The translations under genes were made by a program, and so were the position numbers. The notes beneath the pieces are model-generated. The model searched no databases and was not told where the DNA came from. It worked only from the letters and a program-made list of their open reading frames with translations. From a virus (Duplodnaviria > Heunggongvirae > Uroviricota > Caudoviricetes): a stretch of DNA of 64,000 bases. Location: IMG/VR virus record IMGVR_UViG_3300028833_002727; one strand, written 5' to 3'. This document shows positions 21,582-31,259 of this stretch, one piece after another (position 1 is the stretch's first letter; each line of letters starts with the position of its first letter).

Positions 21582-22331
21582 TTAGATGGACATTGGACCT
21601 TCACAACATGGCGTGTCATCGTCATAGTTATATGCTGATCCATCGCAGCACACGTCCTCAGTTTCACAGCAATCGCCTTCGTCACAGCAATCACCTTCGT
21701 CACAGATTTCGTAATCCTCATCACCATCAGAATACAAATCGTTAAGGTTACGCTCATTCGGCAATTGTAAATAATTTTTTACGAAGTCGTAAACTAACAT
21801 ATTCGTAAATACGTCAATAAAGCCAATTCCGAAGCCGTCATTATTGTCACAGAGTTCATCAAATTTCTTTGATTTCTCTTCATCATTAAATAATTTCCAC
21901 AATGTGGTTTCCTCTTCCGGGAACAACTCGTTTAGTTTACCCTCATATTTTTTGAATTCATCATGCAACTCGGATACGTCACGTGTACGTTCGAATAGAC
22001 TTTCAAGACGTGTTGTCTCAAAGTAAGTTGTGAACTCATAAGCAGGAATATTCATTTCCACATTATAGTCAATTGTTGCTTTCTTCGCTAAAATAATCAT
22101 CATTGATGTACATACACACGGTACACAAGTTTTTTCAGACTCTTCATTATAAGTGTCCTTGTAGAAAGAGTAGATAATGTTATCCATACTCAACGCAGCA
22201 AAAGCGGCATTTCTGTATTTAGAGTCAATTACTTCTTTCCAACGCTCTTCAGGTGTGTAGTCTCTTTTTGTTTTAGCAAACTCACTCCACATTTGTGAAA
22301 GTTTTTCTTTTGGATACTCGTCAAAAAACAT
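21582..22331 (-). CDS. Hypothetical protein with an acidic Cys-rich C-terminus
   Basis: ORF. The C-terminus is CDEGDCCDEGDCCETEDVCCDGS. Confidence 0.4.
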   Translation of the reverse strand: MFFDEYPKEKLSQMWSEFAKTKRDYTPEERWKEVIDSKYRNAAFAALSMDNIIYSFYKDTYNEESEKTCVPCVCTSMMIILAKKATIDYNVEMNIPAYEFTTYFETTRLESLFERTRDVSELHDEFKKYEGKLNELFPEEETTLWKLFNDEEKSKKFDELCDNNDGFGIGFIDVFTNMLVYDFVKNYLQLPNERNLNDLYSDGDEDYEICDEGDCCDEGDCCETEDVCCDGSAYNYDDDTPCCEGPMSI

Positions 22332-22344
22332 AATTTTTCAAATT

Positions 22345-23133
22345 TTATTTGTTAATACTATTATTTATTCTATTGTTTATTAAATTACAATATTCTTCGT
22401 TTATTTCTATACCAACGTATTTCCTGTTTAGTTTTTTAGCAGCCAATGCGGTTGTTCCAGAACCCATGAATGGGTCTAACACTAAATCACCTTCGTTACT
22501 CCAAGATTTGATATGTTCTTCTATTAGGTTTTGTGGGAATACAGCAGGATGCCCACTTTTATTTTGTGCAATAGCAAAATCCCACACATTTTCCTTAATC
22601 TTCTCCTTGTTAATATTGAACTCTTTATAAGTTCTCCCATTTTCTCCGCCCATGTTTTTGGTTGTTGAATGATATTCTTTCCCAGCGCATTTACATGGAA
22701 CCATTATCGGATTGAATGTTTTTGGCTTTCCTTTCGATAATACAAACATGTATTCGAACACATCAGTATATCGTGGTTGTTTTACAACAGGCATAGGATT
22801 GGTTTTTCTCCATATCATAACATCATTTACAATGAAGCCAATTTCCTGAAAATAAAGCGCTTGCCTAAATGATACTAATGATTTTCCTCCGTTTTCCGTT
22901 TTATCGTTCACAATCCATACGATAACACCGCCATTTTTTGTTACCCTATATAACTCATCAGCTATTTTTCTGAATTTATCATCATTCCAAGTTTCATTTG
23001 ATAATGTATTACCATAATGACGAAGATCAGAATATGGAGGAGATGTAATGGTTAAATCAATGGTATTATCTGGTATTTTTTCTTTTAATACGTTTTCAGC
23101 ATCACCAAGATATATTTCGTTTTCAATCATCAT
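22345..23133 (-). CDS. DNA methyltransferase, beta class (N6-adenine or N4-cytosine)
   Basis: Motif IV TSPPY precedes motif I DPFMGSGTT (beta permutation). The SPPY form is often N4C. Confidence 0.85.
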   Translation of the reverse strand: MMIENEIYLGDAENVLKEKIPDNTIDLTITSPPYSDLRHYGNTLSNETWNDDKFRKIADELYRVTKNGGVIVWIVNDKTENGGKSLVSFRQALYFQEIGFIVNDVMIWRKTNPMPVVKQPRYTDVFEYMFVLSKGKPKTFNPIMVPCKCAGKEYHSTTKNMGGENGRTYKEFNINKEKIKENVWDFAIAQNKSGHPAVFPQNLIEEHIKSWSNEGDLVLDPFMGSGTTALAAKKLNRKYVGIEINEEYCNLINNRINNSINK

Positions 23134-23401
23134 ATATTGCCATTATATTCTCTCTCATAAACCCAAAAAATGTATATGAACCGTTTTTGGTATATATTTT
23201 AGTTGTGTATCCTTTTTCATCTGTATCGACTTTGATTATTTCATCCATTTCAATTTCGGATGTTGAATTGCACTCAATAAATCTTCCGCAACTATCTCCA
23301 GGACGTAAATTTTTAAATTCATTCCATTTTTGACACACCGCAATGGACGTTAAGGATAATGCCACAAAAACAAAAATACCGAAAATTATACCTGTTATCA
23401 T
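23123..23401 (-). CDS. Small membrane protein
   Basis: N-terminal hydrophobic helix. Overlaps the upstream stop. Confidence 0.35.
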   Translation of the reverse strand: MITGIIFGIFVFVALSLTSIAVCQKWNEFKNLRPGDSCGRFIECNSTSEIEMDEIIKVDTDEKGYTTKIYTKNGSYTFFGFMRENIMAIYDD

Positions 23402-23426
23402 AATTAAAACTGTTATTTTGCGTGAA

Positions 23427-24011
23427 TTAGTCGATAAGATCAGAGAAGTCAGTTACCCCAATCTGGATGAAATATACAATTAAAAAATTAATCAGACGAA
23501 TAACCATGTGATTATGAATAGTTGTACACTCTTTAATATCACTACAAATACCATTCAGAGAATCAATAACATTATTATTGCGTTCACCTTTCAAAAAACC
23601 ATCAAACGAAAAATCAATACACCCGCAATATCTTTTCTCATGGAAATTACGGTTGATGTAGTTACTTTTTACAATTTCTAGGATATGATTTACTTTTTCT
23701 TCGAATGTTTTATCATTATTCTCATCTACACTGATTAAATAAAGTATACAATACCCAAGTAAATCGTATAAATCGTTTTTACGTAATTCACGACTGTTTT
23801 TAATACGTGATAATTTATCATCCAAGCGAATGCATATACTATCAGTTGCATCACCTTTATAAAAAACATTGATTGGTGCTAATGCTGAATTACCATATCG
23901 TTTATTTTTCTCAATTAAAACACTCTTGATGGATGCAACAACTTTATAACATGCTTCCACGTTAATTTCCAATGCTGGCTCAGCAGGCCAGTCTAAATCT
24001 TGTAATCCCAT
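23427..24011 (-). CDS. Putative MazG-like all-alpha nucleotide pyrophosphohydrolase
   Basis: KNKRYGNSALAPINVFYKG...IRLDDKLSRIKN...DLYDLLGYCILYL resembles MazG-like phage NTP-PPases. Confidence 0.35.
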   Translation of the reverse strand: MGLQDLDWPAEPALEINVEACYKVVASIKSVLIEKNKRYGNSALAPINVFYKGDATDSICIRLDDKLSRIKNSRELRKNDLYDLLGYCILYLISVDENNDKTFEEKVNHILEIVKSNYINRNFHEKRYCGCIDFSFDGFLKGERNNNVIDSLNGICSDIKECTTIHNHMVIRLINFLIVYFIQIGVTDFSDLID

Positions 24012-24067
24012 ATAAATTCTTATTTTAATTTTCCTAAATATACAGAAAAAAACTTATAAGTACAAAA

Positions 24068-24095
24068 AAAAAGAGGCTTCGAAACCTCTTTTTAT
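24068..24095. terminator. Bidirectional rho-independent terminator
   Basis: Hairpin AAGAGGCTTCGAAACCTCTT flanked by an A-run and a T-run. Confidence 0.6.
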
Positions 24096-24099
24096 TTTT

Positions 24100-24615
24100 T
24101 TAGAACCATAAATTTTTCCAATTCTTAAACATTTCCCCAAACTCTCCGAACATATCTCGGTTCGCATAGAACGTTTCACGTAAACTTTTGGTTACATCGT
24201 CAATTGCCTGGTTGATGTCGGTTTTGTGGTTAGCGTACTCCTCTTTGGTAATTTCCTTACCATCCTTTAACAACTCGTCAATTTGGAGAGCAGTATAAGT
24301 TTTGAACTCAGTCTCAGCCTCACGTACTTTGTATGTGGCGGTATATTCAAGGAATACACGATTCATTACAACACCTACAACTTTGTACGCCTTGTTACCA
24401 ACGAGGTAATATTTACCAAGTACGTCGTGTTGCTTGCGGAGAAGTGCTTTATCAGCCTCTTTTGCAGCCTCGCGTTTCTCTGTTTCACGAGCCTCTTCAC
24501 GAGCGGCAAGTTCTTCCTCGATTTGTTTACGTAAACCTTCAGCTTCTTTCAAGCCAGTTAATGCATTCAAACGCTCTTGTAATTCAGCGTCAGTTAATTG
24601 TTTAATTTCCTTCAT
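24100..24615 (-). CDS. Hypothetical coiled-coil protein
   Basis: ORF with an E/K-rich N-terminal helix. Confidence 0.4.
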   Translation of the reverse strand: MKEIKQLTDAELQERLNALTGLKEAEGLRKQIEEELAAREEARETEKREAAKEADKALLRKQHDVLGKYYLVGNKAYKVVGVVMNRVFLEYTATYKVREAETEFKTYTALQIDELLKDGKEITKEEYANHKTDINQAIDDVTKSLRETFYANRDMFGEFGEMFKNWKNLWF

Positions 24616-24705
24616 TTTTGTATATGTTTTTAAGTTAAGTTTATTTTTTCTTTCATTTTTATTAGCAATTTGTGTGCCATTTGAAATTTCATGACATTTT
24701 GTCAG

Positions 24706-25209
24706 TTATAACGTCACAACACTGCCAATTATCTTACCATTTTCAAATTTTTTGACAATAAATTTGTCACCCTCTTTGGCATTATCAAGATATACAACGA
24801 TACTTGTTTGTGTTTTATCGGTTAGTTTACATAAGTATGCCCCCTCGCTATATGTTTGAACAACAACACCAGTCATACCCAACAAAGTATCCTTGGTATA
24901 GAGTTCTTGTTCTTGGTTTAATTGTTGAGGAATATACAACGGCTCACGCCAAGTAATCACCATCAACAAAAATCCGAGCGGCAAACCGATAAGAAATATA
25001 AGTACCAAAGTTGATAATAGTGTTGGTGCATCACCCCACAAGTGAAGATTATACTCACTAATTGCTACATACGTCCATGAAGCACTTGTGGTAAATGAGA
25101 GAAGCATACTTACGAGTATGTTCACGTATTTGTTAGTAATATCCACTAATCCATATAATACCAACAGTGTGGATGCAAACAATGCAACTATGTAATTTAT
25201 CGGTATCAT
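24706..25209 (-). CDS. NfeD-like membrane protein (TM helices plus a C-terminal OB-fold-like barrel)
   Basis: 3-4 N-terminal TM helices. A C-terminal GMTGVVVQTYSEGAYLCKLTD...KEGDKFIVKKFENGKIIGSVV beta-rich tail typical of short NfeD (YuaF-like). Confidence 0.4.
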   Translation of the reverse strand: MIPINYIVALFASTLLVLYGLVDITNKYVNILVSMLLSFTTSASWTYVAISEYNLHLWGDAPTLLSTLVLIFLIGLPLGFLLMVITWREPLYIPQQLNQEQELYTKDTLLGMTGVVVQTYSEGAYLCKLTDKTQTSIVVYLDNAKEGDKFIVKKFENGKIIGSVVTL

Positions 25210-25210
25210 A

Positions 25211-25519
25211 TTAGAATTCTACTTTTGGAATATACTTCTCAGTATTCTTATTTTTACCAATGGAACGTACGTTGTTAACAATAAGTCGATAATCAGTATC
25301 ACCAAACTTAAAATTAACACCAAGACACACGTTTGATGAGTTGAAAAGATATGTTTTATTTGGGTGATGACTATCATTCAGAAAATCATATTTCTTCATG
25401 AGGACATCATATATCTCATTATCAGTAGGAAAACTATCAAACTCAACAAAATCGTAACCAACTGGACGAGACATATTGGTTGTGTAGTTCATTAAATGTA
25501 AATCAAATGCGTATATCAT
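25211..25519 (-). CDS. Hypothetical protein
   Basis: ORF in the co-directional early block. Confidence 0.35.
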   Translation of the reverse strand: MIYAFDLHLMNYTTNMSRPVGYDFVEFDSFPTDNEIYDVLMKKYDFLNDSHHPNKTYLFNSSNVCLGVNFKFGDTDYRLIVNNVRSIGKNKNTEKYIPKVEF

Positions 25520-25523
25520 ATTT

Positions 25524-25844
25524 TTATGTGTATAAGTTCATTTTATCTGGTTTTTTATCTTCCACGACAGGGCGTAAACCTGTAAAATATAGGTAATACG
25601 TATTATCACCTACGGTAAAGTTTACGCAACAATAATGACGCCCATGTTTTGTATCTTTACCACCAGGTGTTGCGCGAGAAAGCCCTTTTTCCTCTATGAA
25701 ATCCTCTTGTAAAAATGATAATTCTTCTATTATTTTTTTTCCTACTTCGAACGGTTCTGGATATTTATCATTTTCAAAGAAAAATTCTCCATATGGCATA
25801 AGATGCCCATTTGTTTCATACCACAAATCGCAAACATATTTCAT
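25524..25844 (-). CDS. Hypothetical protein
   Basis: ORF. Confidence 0.35.
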   Translation of the reverse strand: MKYVCDLWYETNGHLMPYGEFFFENDKYPEPFEVGKKIIEELSFLQEDFIEEKGLSRATPGGKDTKHGRHYCCVNFTVGDNTYYLYFTGLRPVVEDKKPDKMNLYT

Positions 25845-25849
25845 ATTGT

Positions 25850-26470
25850 TTATTTTTTTACAGTATCACAACACTTTGGGAAGTATAACAGAGTAATACC
25901 GTCCTTGTGGATGTCGATACCAGGATATTCTTTGCGGAAACTATCCATATTGAAACCAGTTGATAAGAAATGGTAGCCATTTTTAGTCGGCACCTCAATT
26001 CTTATTTTTTCTGGCACGTCAAATGGAGGTAATGAGTTGATATATGCTCTGATCTCATCACGTTTGTCGGCGTACTCACCGTCTAAGTCGATAAGATATA
26101 AAGCATCAAAGCCTTTTTGTTTTCCACATTCACCGCAAGCGGAGTTAAAACGGCTTGCCAATTCATGCCAGTTTTCTTTACGAATAGACTCAGTGATAAG
26201 CGCAATTGTTTTGAGTGCAACAGATTGTGCATCAAGACAGTTCATCTTGATATACGCACGAGCACGGTTCTTTTCACATTTTTCGATAATGTGTTTCTTG
26301 TACTTATCAAAATCCTTTTTACTGTAGATATAGAAACTCTCTACAGGAATTGAGTATGAACTCAACTCTGGGTTCTCTTTTTTGCGTCTCAAAATCTGTA
26401 CGAAGTAGAAACTTCTTTTATTCTTTTGGAAACGTAGGTTTTTTCTTATTAAATCAAAATTGTCTACCAT
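25850..26470 (-). CDS. Hypothetical protein
   Basis: ORF. It contains a CGECGK motif. Confidence 0.4.
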   Translation of the reverse strand: MVDNFDLIRKNLRFQKNKRSFYFVQILRRKKENPELSSYSIPVESFYIYSKKDFDKYKKHIIEKCEKNRARAYIKMNCLDAQSVALKTIALITESIRKENWHELASRFNSACGECGKQKGFDALYLIDLDGEYADKRDEIRAYINSLPPFDVPEKIRIEVPTKNGYHFLSTGFNMDSFRKEYPGIDIHKDGITLLYFPKCCDTVKK

Positions 26471-26640
26471 AGTTTTTTTTTGTTTTTTTTATCTCCAGTC
26501 CCAATGGCAGTCCAAACATTCAAATCTGTCTACGAACATACCTGCATGGCAATGCACATGTGTTGAACCACAGTTTGGACATATCCACGGATTATCTGGA
26601 TGTAGTTTTTTATTCTCAACTTCTTCTATATCGTCCATAA

Positions 26641-26961
26641 TCAGAATTGTGAAATTTTGTTATATTCCTTGAATGTCATTTTTTGCTCATTATCAAGTTC
26701 AATGGATTCCACTTTACCTTTTGGGCTACGTGTAATACTGATAACTTTCGCGCTGTTTACTGGTACGTAGTTACCGTATTCAAACCACCACTCCATTTCG
26801 GTGAATACATAGTCACCGACTTTAAGGTTATTAAAAGCGGCGCGATTGAGTACCCATTTGATTGGCAGGAATACCAATTGGAAAATGAAATAAATTCCAA
26901 TCCAAACTCCAAAAACGATTGCTCCCATAACGAGAGAAGATGTAATTGATAGTAATGTCAT
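26641..26961 (-). CDS. Small membrane protein
   Basis: Two N-terminal TM helices. Confidence 0.35.
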   Translation of the reverse strand: MTLLSITSSLVMGAIVFGVWIGIYFIFQLVFLPIKWVLNRAAFNNLKVGDYVFTEMEWWFEYGNYVPVNSAKVISITRSPKGKVESIELDNEQKMTFKEYNKISQF

Positions 26962-27003
26962 ATTTGTGTTTGTTTTTTAATGTTGCTTTAAATATACATT
27001 ATT

Positions 27004-27663
27004 TTATAGATATATTTTATTAAGGAATATATACTTAGCAGCCTCTTTGCGTGCCTCTTCTTCACTATTCCACTTTTGATTTCCTCGACTATCAACAATG
27101 TCTACATTACCAACTTTCGCATAGAAATGAGAACCACCAGGCCATTGAATGATACGAACATCATCTATAGTGGCTAAGTGTTGTGCAGGGAAAACAAACT
27201 CATCGGAGAAACGTTGTTCACATATCTCGTAATATTCTTCGCTATAACCAAACTGCTGAACACCATTGGCAAGATAACACTCGCCATATTTCATTAGTGT
27301 CTCTATACGCGTTTTATACGCATCTAACAGCATTTGGTTGGTAGTCTCGAACATTGATAATGGACGAGGTTCACCATGATATATACTATCTATGTAACGA
27401 ATTGCTCCTTCAATATCATTATCCGCGTGCTTCAGGAAAAAATCCAAATGAACATCTTTATCCTTGCAATTAAGAAAACGGCCCAAAGCGGTGCTAAATT
27501 TTTCAGAGAAAGAATTGTACCCACCTTGAAGTATCGGACGTAAAATTCGATCAGTATGCAATGTAACATCATTCAATGTTTTTGCACGAAAATACCAGAC
27601 AGTATCTTCTTTACCGTCTCGTTTACTTTTTAACCTTACAAATTCGTACTTACATTGTTCCAT
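27004..27663 (-). CDS. Hypothetical protein
   Basis: ORF. Confidence 0.4.
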   Translation of the reverse strand: MEQCKYEFVRLKSKRDGKEDTVWYFRAKTLNDVTLHTDRILRPILQGGYNSFSEKFSTALGRFLNCKDKDVHLDFFLKHADNDIEGAIRYIDSIYHGEPRPLSMFETTNQMLLDAYKTRIETLMKYGECYLANGVQQFGYSEEYYEICEQRFSDEFVFPAQHLATIDDVRIIQWPGGSHFYAKVGNVDIVDSRGNQKWNSEEEARKEAAKYIFLNKIYL

Positions 27664-27668
27664 ATGTT

Positions 27669-27983
27669 TTATTTTTTAATTTTTCCGTGTTTGGTAGTAT
27701 ATACACCACGATAACCACCATTTTCCAGTGTATCTCTGTCAATCTCTTTTGCTGTTAATACAAACGAGCCATCTGTTGGTTCAGCCCAATCATCTTTCAT
27801 TGGTATATTGAGTGATGTATAGGCTTCATCAAATTCAGATATGTCTTTATGTGCCAACGTATCTCGAATTATCTGCTTTTCTTTTGCACGTATACTACGA
27901 CGTTTCATGCGATAGAATTTTCTGTTGTCGCCAGTGCAAATACCAAATTTTCTTACTTTTGAATAACTTTTACTCATATTCAT
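27669..27983 (-). CDS. Hypothetical basic protein
   Basis: ORF. First gene of the minus-strand block. Confidence 0.35.
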   Translation of the reverse strand: MNMSKSYSKVRKFGICTGDNRKFYRMKRRSIRAKEKQIIRDTLAHKDISEFDEAYTSLNIPMKDDWAEPTDGSFVLTAKEIDRDTLENGGYRGVYTTKHGKIKK

Positions 27984-28268
27984 TCATTTTATAAATCTGC
28001 TGCAAAGGTAATACATTTTTTTCAAATAACCAAATAAAGTTGAAATTATTTTAAAAAGTCCTATGACCCGGAGGTTACCGGACGTAGCTATCCCGGGAAG
28101 CTTTAATCTAATAATAAAAGAAATAAATAAAGAAAACTACAAAAAGAAATATAAAGGAACGTGCGTTATGTGCATATGTATGATGGATTAGAATTTTTTT
28201 CTTTTTTTAATTTTATCAAGAAAAAAATGTATATTTGTTATGAAATTTGAATTAAATCATAAAGCAAC

Positions 28269-28739
28269 ATGAAAAACGAAAAAGATTTTAGAGATTTACT
28301 AACTATCAAACCGAAAGGATCAGAGGGTTTGAAAAACAGATTAAAAGTATGGATGAAATGGGATTCAAATGATGCAGATTATATAGAACGCACGGATATA
28401 ATGGATCCTCAACAATTATTTGGTAATAAAAAGTTAATTTATTGTTTGGCTTATATTACAACACCTTACGATTTCAAAGGGCACGATTGGAATGATGACG
28501 TATTTGAACATCATATTCCAGATAATAGAGATATAGAAGATTTGGAAGAAATTTTAGCGGACAATGATTTTATGGTTTATTCCGATTGGGGTTCATGCCA
28601 TTCATGTGAAGGTATTGAAATTACATATTATGACGAAAATGAAACACCATTTGAAATAACTTTTGATGATATTCACAAAGAGTTCGAAAAAATGACATAT
28701 GGGGAAATTTGTGAGAAAATAAATTCATTGCAAGAATAA
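28269..28739 (+). CDS. Hypothetical protein
   Basis: ORF. A TATATTTG -7-like box lies at 28230-28237. Confidence 0.4.
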   Translation: MKNEKDFRDLLTIKPKGSEGLKNRLKVWMKWDSNDADYIERTDIMDPQQLFGNKKLIYCLAYITTPYDFKGHDWNDDVFEHHIPDNRDIEDLEEILADNDFMVYSDWGSCHSCEGIEITYYDENETPFEITFDDIHKEFEKMTYGEICEKINSLQE

Positions 28740-28790
28740 AAATTTGTATATTTGAGATAACAAACTGAAAAAATAAGTTAAAATTTAATA

Positions 28791-29807
28791 TTGAGAAACA
28801 TGAGTAAATTAAAGGAAAGTCAAATTGAAGAGGTAAAAGAAGCTGTTGAAGTTGTTGCTCCAAATGAACCAGTTACTCTAACTGAAGATGAGGAACGTGT
28901 GGATCAGAAGGAAATCAACGTAATTGGTAAGCAGTGGAGTTTAATTGAGGGACAGTACATTGTTCCTGTATCTGACACATTCGAACACCTTGAACCAGGT
29001 TATTACTCAATCGGACAAGATATGAAGATTGGTTTGTATTTTGTCAAAGAGAAAGTAAATTTGGATAAGTTGTATCGTATGCCGAACAAAGCAACTGACA
29101 TCATCATGGATGACATTAGCAAGTTCTGGACTTTAAGAGACAGATACAAAAAGTATCATCACGTATTCAAACGTAACTATTTGTTATATTCAGCACCTGG
29201 TACTGGTAAGACATCTCTTATCAACCTTATGTGTCAGGATTTGATTAGCAAGTATAACGGTTTGGTATTTGGTTTAACAAGCGAAGGTGATATTGCAGCC
29301 TTTGTTGACGTAGTACGCCGTGTACGTAAAATTGATGGTGACACACCAATTATCGCGGTAATTGAGGATATTGATAACTTCATCGGAAACGAACATCAAC
29401 GCTCATCCCTTGATACACAACTATTGAACATCCTCGACGGTAACTACAAAATGTCAGATGTTGTAATTATTGCAACCACTAACTATATTGAACGTGTACA
29501 GGCGCGTTATAAGAACCGTCCATCTCGTTTCAATCGTGTAGTTGAATTCCCATTACCAAATGCTGAAAGTCGTAAGATGTATATCGAGAATACTATCTTA
29601 CCTGAAGATATGGATATGTTCAACATCGACGAATGGGTTGAAAAGACTGAGGGTTATACAATCGACCACATCAAGGAACTTATTCAACAGTTCTTCGTTC
29701 TTGGTGAGAGTGAAGAAAACGCATTCGCAAGTGTTGATGCTATGGTTAACAACAACAACCGCCTCCGTAACAAGGATAGTGTAAACCAAAGCAAATTGGG
29801 CTTCTAA
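28791..29807 (+). CDS. AAA+ ATPase
   Basis: Walker A SAPGTGKTSL, Walker B IIAVIEDID, sensor-1 ATTN. Confidence 0.8.
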   Translation: MRNMSKLKESQIEEVKEAVEVVAPNEPVTLTEDEERVDQKEINVIGKQWSLIEGQYIVPVSDTFEHLEPGYYSIGQDMKIGLYFVKEKVNLDKLYRMPNKATDIIMDDISKFWTLRDRYKKYHHVFKRNYLLYSAPGTGKTSLINLMCQDLISKYNGLVFGLTSEGDIAAFVDVVRRVRKIDGDTPIIAVIEDIDNFIGNEHQRSSLDTQLLNILDGNYKMSDVVIIATTNYIERVQARYKNRPSRFNRVVEFPLPNAESRKMYIENTILPEDMDMFNIDEWVEKTEGYTIDHIKELIQQFFVLGESEENAFASVDAMVNNNNRLRNKDSVNQSKLGF

Positions 29808-29883
29808 AATGATTTGAACTTTGGGGTAGCAATACCCCTTAGTTTAAATTAGTAAATAACAAAGTAAAAATAATATCAAGATT

Positions 29884-30417
29884 ATGAGAAATGTACATTA
29901 TGAATTTAGCGGTGACAACACAATCACTGGTACTGTAGTTTCTAAAGGAGAAACATTTACAGCAGAGGCTAAATTATGTCCTGGTGACAAATACTCAGAG
30001 GAACTTGGTAAGTTAATCGTAAAATATCGTCTCGAAATCAAGCAACGTAGACGTGATTTACGTAATACTGAAGAAGTTATCGAGAGATTGAAGGAAATTT
30101 ATGCCGACGAACACAACAACAAAGATTTCAGTGAAATCTCAAAGCACTGGATGCGTTTCATTCAAGATGCTTCTGAGGAACGTAAATCACAACTCGAAAA
30201 CATTGCATTCGCTAAAACTGCATTAGAGGTTTTAAGCCAAGGTGACGGTAAGGTTGAAACAATGATTCGTAAAATTGTTAAGAAACACTATTCAGACGAA
30301 CGCACAATCGGTTTGTTAATCGCATTGGTTAACATGGTACGTGGTGAAGTTAATAGTGAAGTATTAACTGGCGGTGAAAACAATATTGATTACGTCAAAC
30401 ACGTAAAGAAAGTTTAA
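29884..30417 (+). CDS. Hypothetical protein
   Basis: ORF. Confidence 0.4.
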   Translation: MRNVHYEFSGDNTITGTVVSKGETFTAEAKLCPGDKYSEELGKLIVKYRLEIKQRRRDLRNTEEVIERLKEIYADEHNNKDFSEISKHWMRFIQDASEERKSQLENIAFAKTALEVLSQGDGKVETMIRKIVKKHYSDERTIGLLIALVNMVRGEVNSEVLTGGENNIDYVKHVKKV

Positions 30418-30437
30418 TCACTAAACAAAATTTAATT

Positions 30438-31238
30438 ATGGGAAAAGTTAAAAAAGACAGTTTAGGTGACAGAATGAAAAGATACGAGGGTGTAAGCAAA
30501 AACACTCTTGTATCTCGTATGCCAGTAATTCTTAGATTGGATGGCTGTCACTTCCACACATTTACAAAAGGTTTTCAAAAACCATTTGATGATGTTTTAA
30601 TGAAATCAATGAAAGACACTATGAAGTATCTTTGTGAGAACATTCAGGGCTGTGTATTTGGTTACACTCAATCTGATGAAATCACATTGGTATTAGTGGA
30701 TTATCAGAACATCAATTCATCACCGTGGTTTGATAACGAGGTACAAAAAATGTGCTCTGTTGCATCATCTATGGCTGGTATGTTCTTTGCACGTACGTTT
30801 GCATACAACGTACTAATGTCAGAACTCAATGAAGATGATAAACTATTCAAGGTTTATAACAATGCAATTAACCGTGGTGCTTACTTCGATTGTAGAGCAT
30901 TTAACGTTCCACAGAGCGATGTTTGTAACTGTGTTCTATGGCGCCAGCAAGACGCAACAAGAAACTCAATACAAGCATTAGCACAAGCTAACTTTTCTCA
31001 AAAACAACTACATGGCTTGAGTTGTGATAAACTTCAAGATAAACTGTTTGTTGAGAAAGGCATTAACTGGAACAATTTGTCAACTGACAAGAAACGTGGT
31101 TCTGCATGTATTAAGCAGAAGTATTCATTCACTAACCAACATGGGGAGGAAACAATCAGAATGCGTTGGATTGTTGATGATGATATGCCTATTCTCACAC
31201 AAGATAGGGATTATATTGAGAAACTAATTTATTTTTAA
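30438..31238 (+). CDS. Thg1-like protein (tRNA-His guanylyltransferase family 3'-5' nucleotidyltransferase)
   Basis: VILRLDGCHFHTF, KPFDDVLMKSM and FGYTQSDEITLVL align with the Thg1 signatures VVVRLDGRNFHRF, KPND...LM and YGQSDEYSFVF. Confidence 0.8.
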   Translation: MGKVKKDSLGDRMKRYEGVSKNTLVSRMPVILRLDGCHFHTFTKGFQKPFDDVLMKSMKDTMKYLCENIQGCVFGYTQSDEITLVLVDYQNINSSPWFDNEVQKMCSVASSMAGMFFARTFAYNVLMSELNEDDKLFKVYNNAINRGAYFDCRAFNVPQSDVCNCVLWRQQDATRNSIQALAQANFSQKQLHGLSCDKLQDKLFVEKGINWNNLSTDKKRGSACIKQKYSFTNQHGEETIRMRWIVDDDMPILTQDRDYIEKLIYF

Positions 31239-31259
31239 CAATTTAACAAAATACAATTT

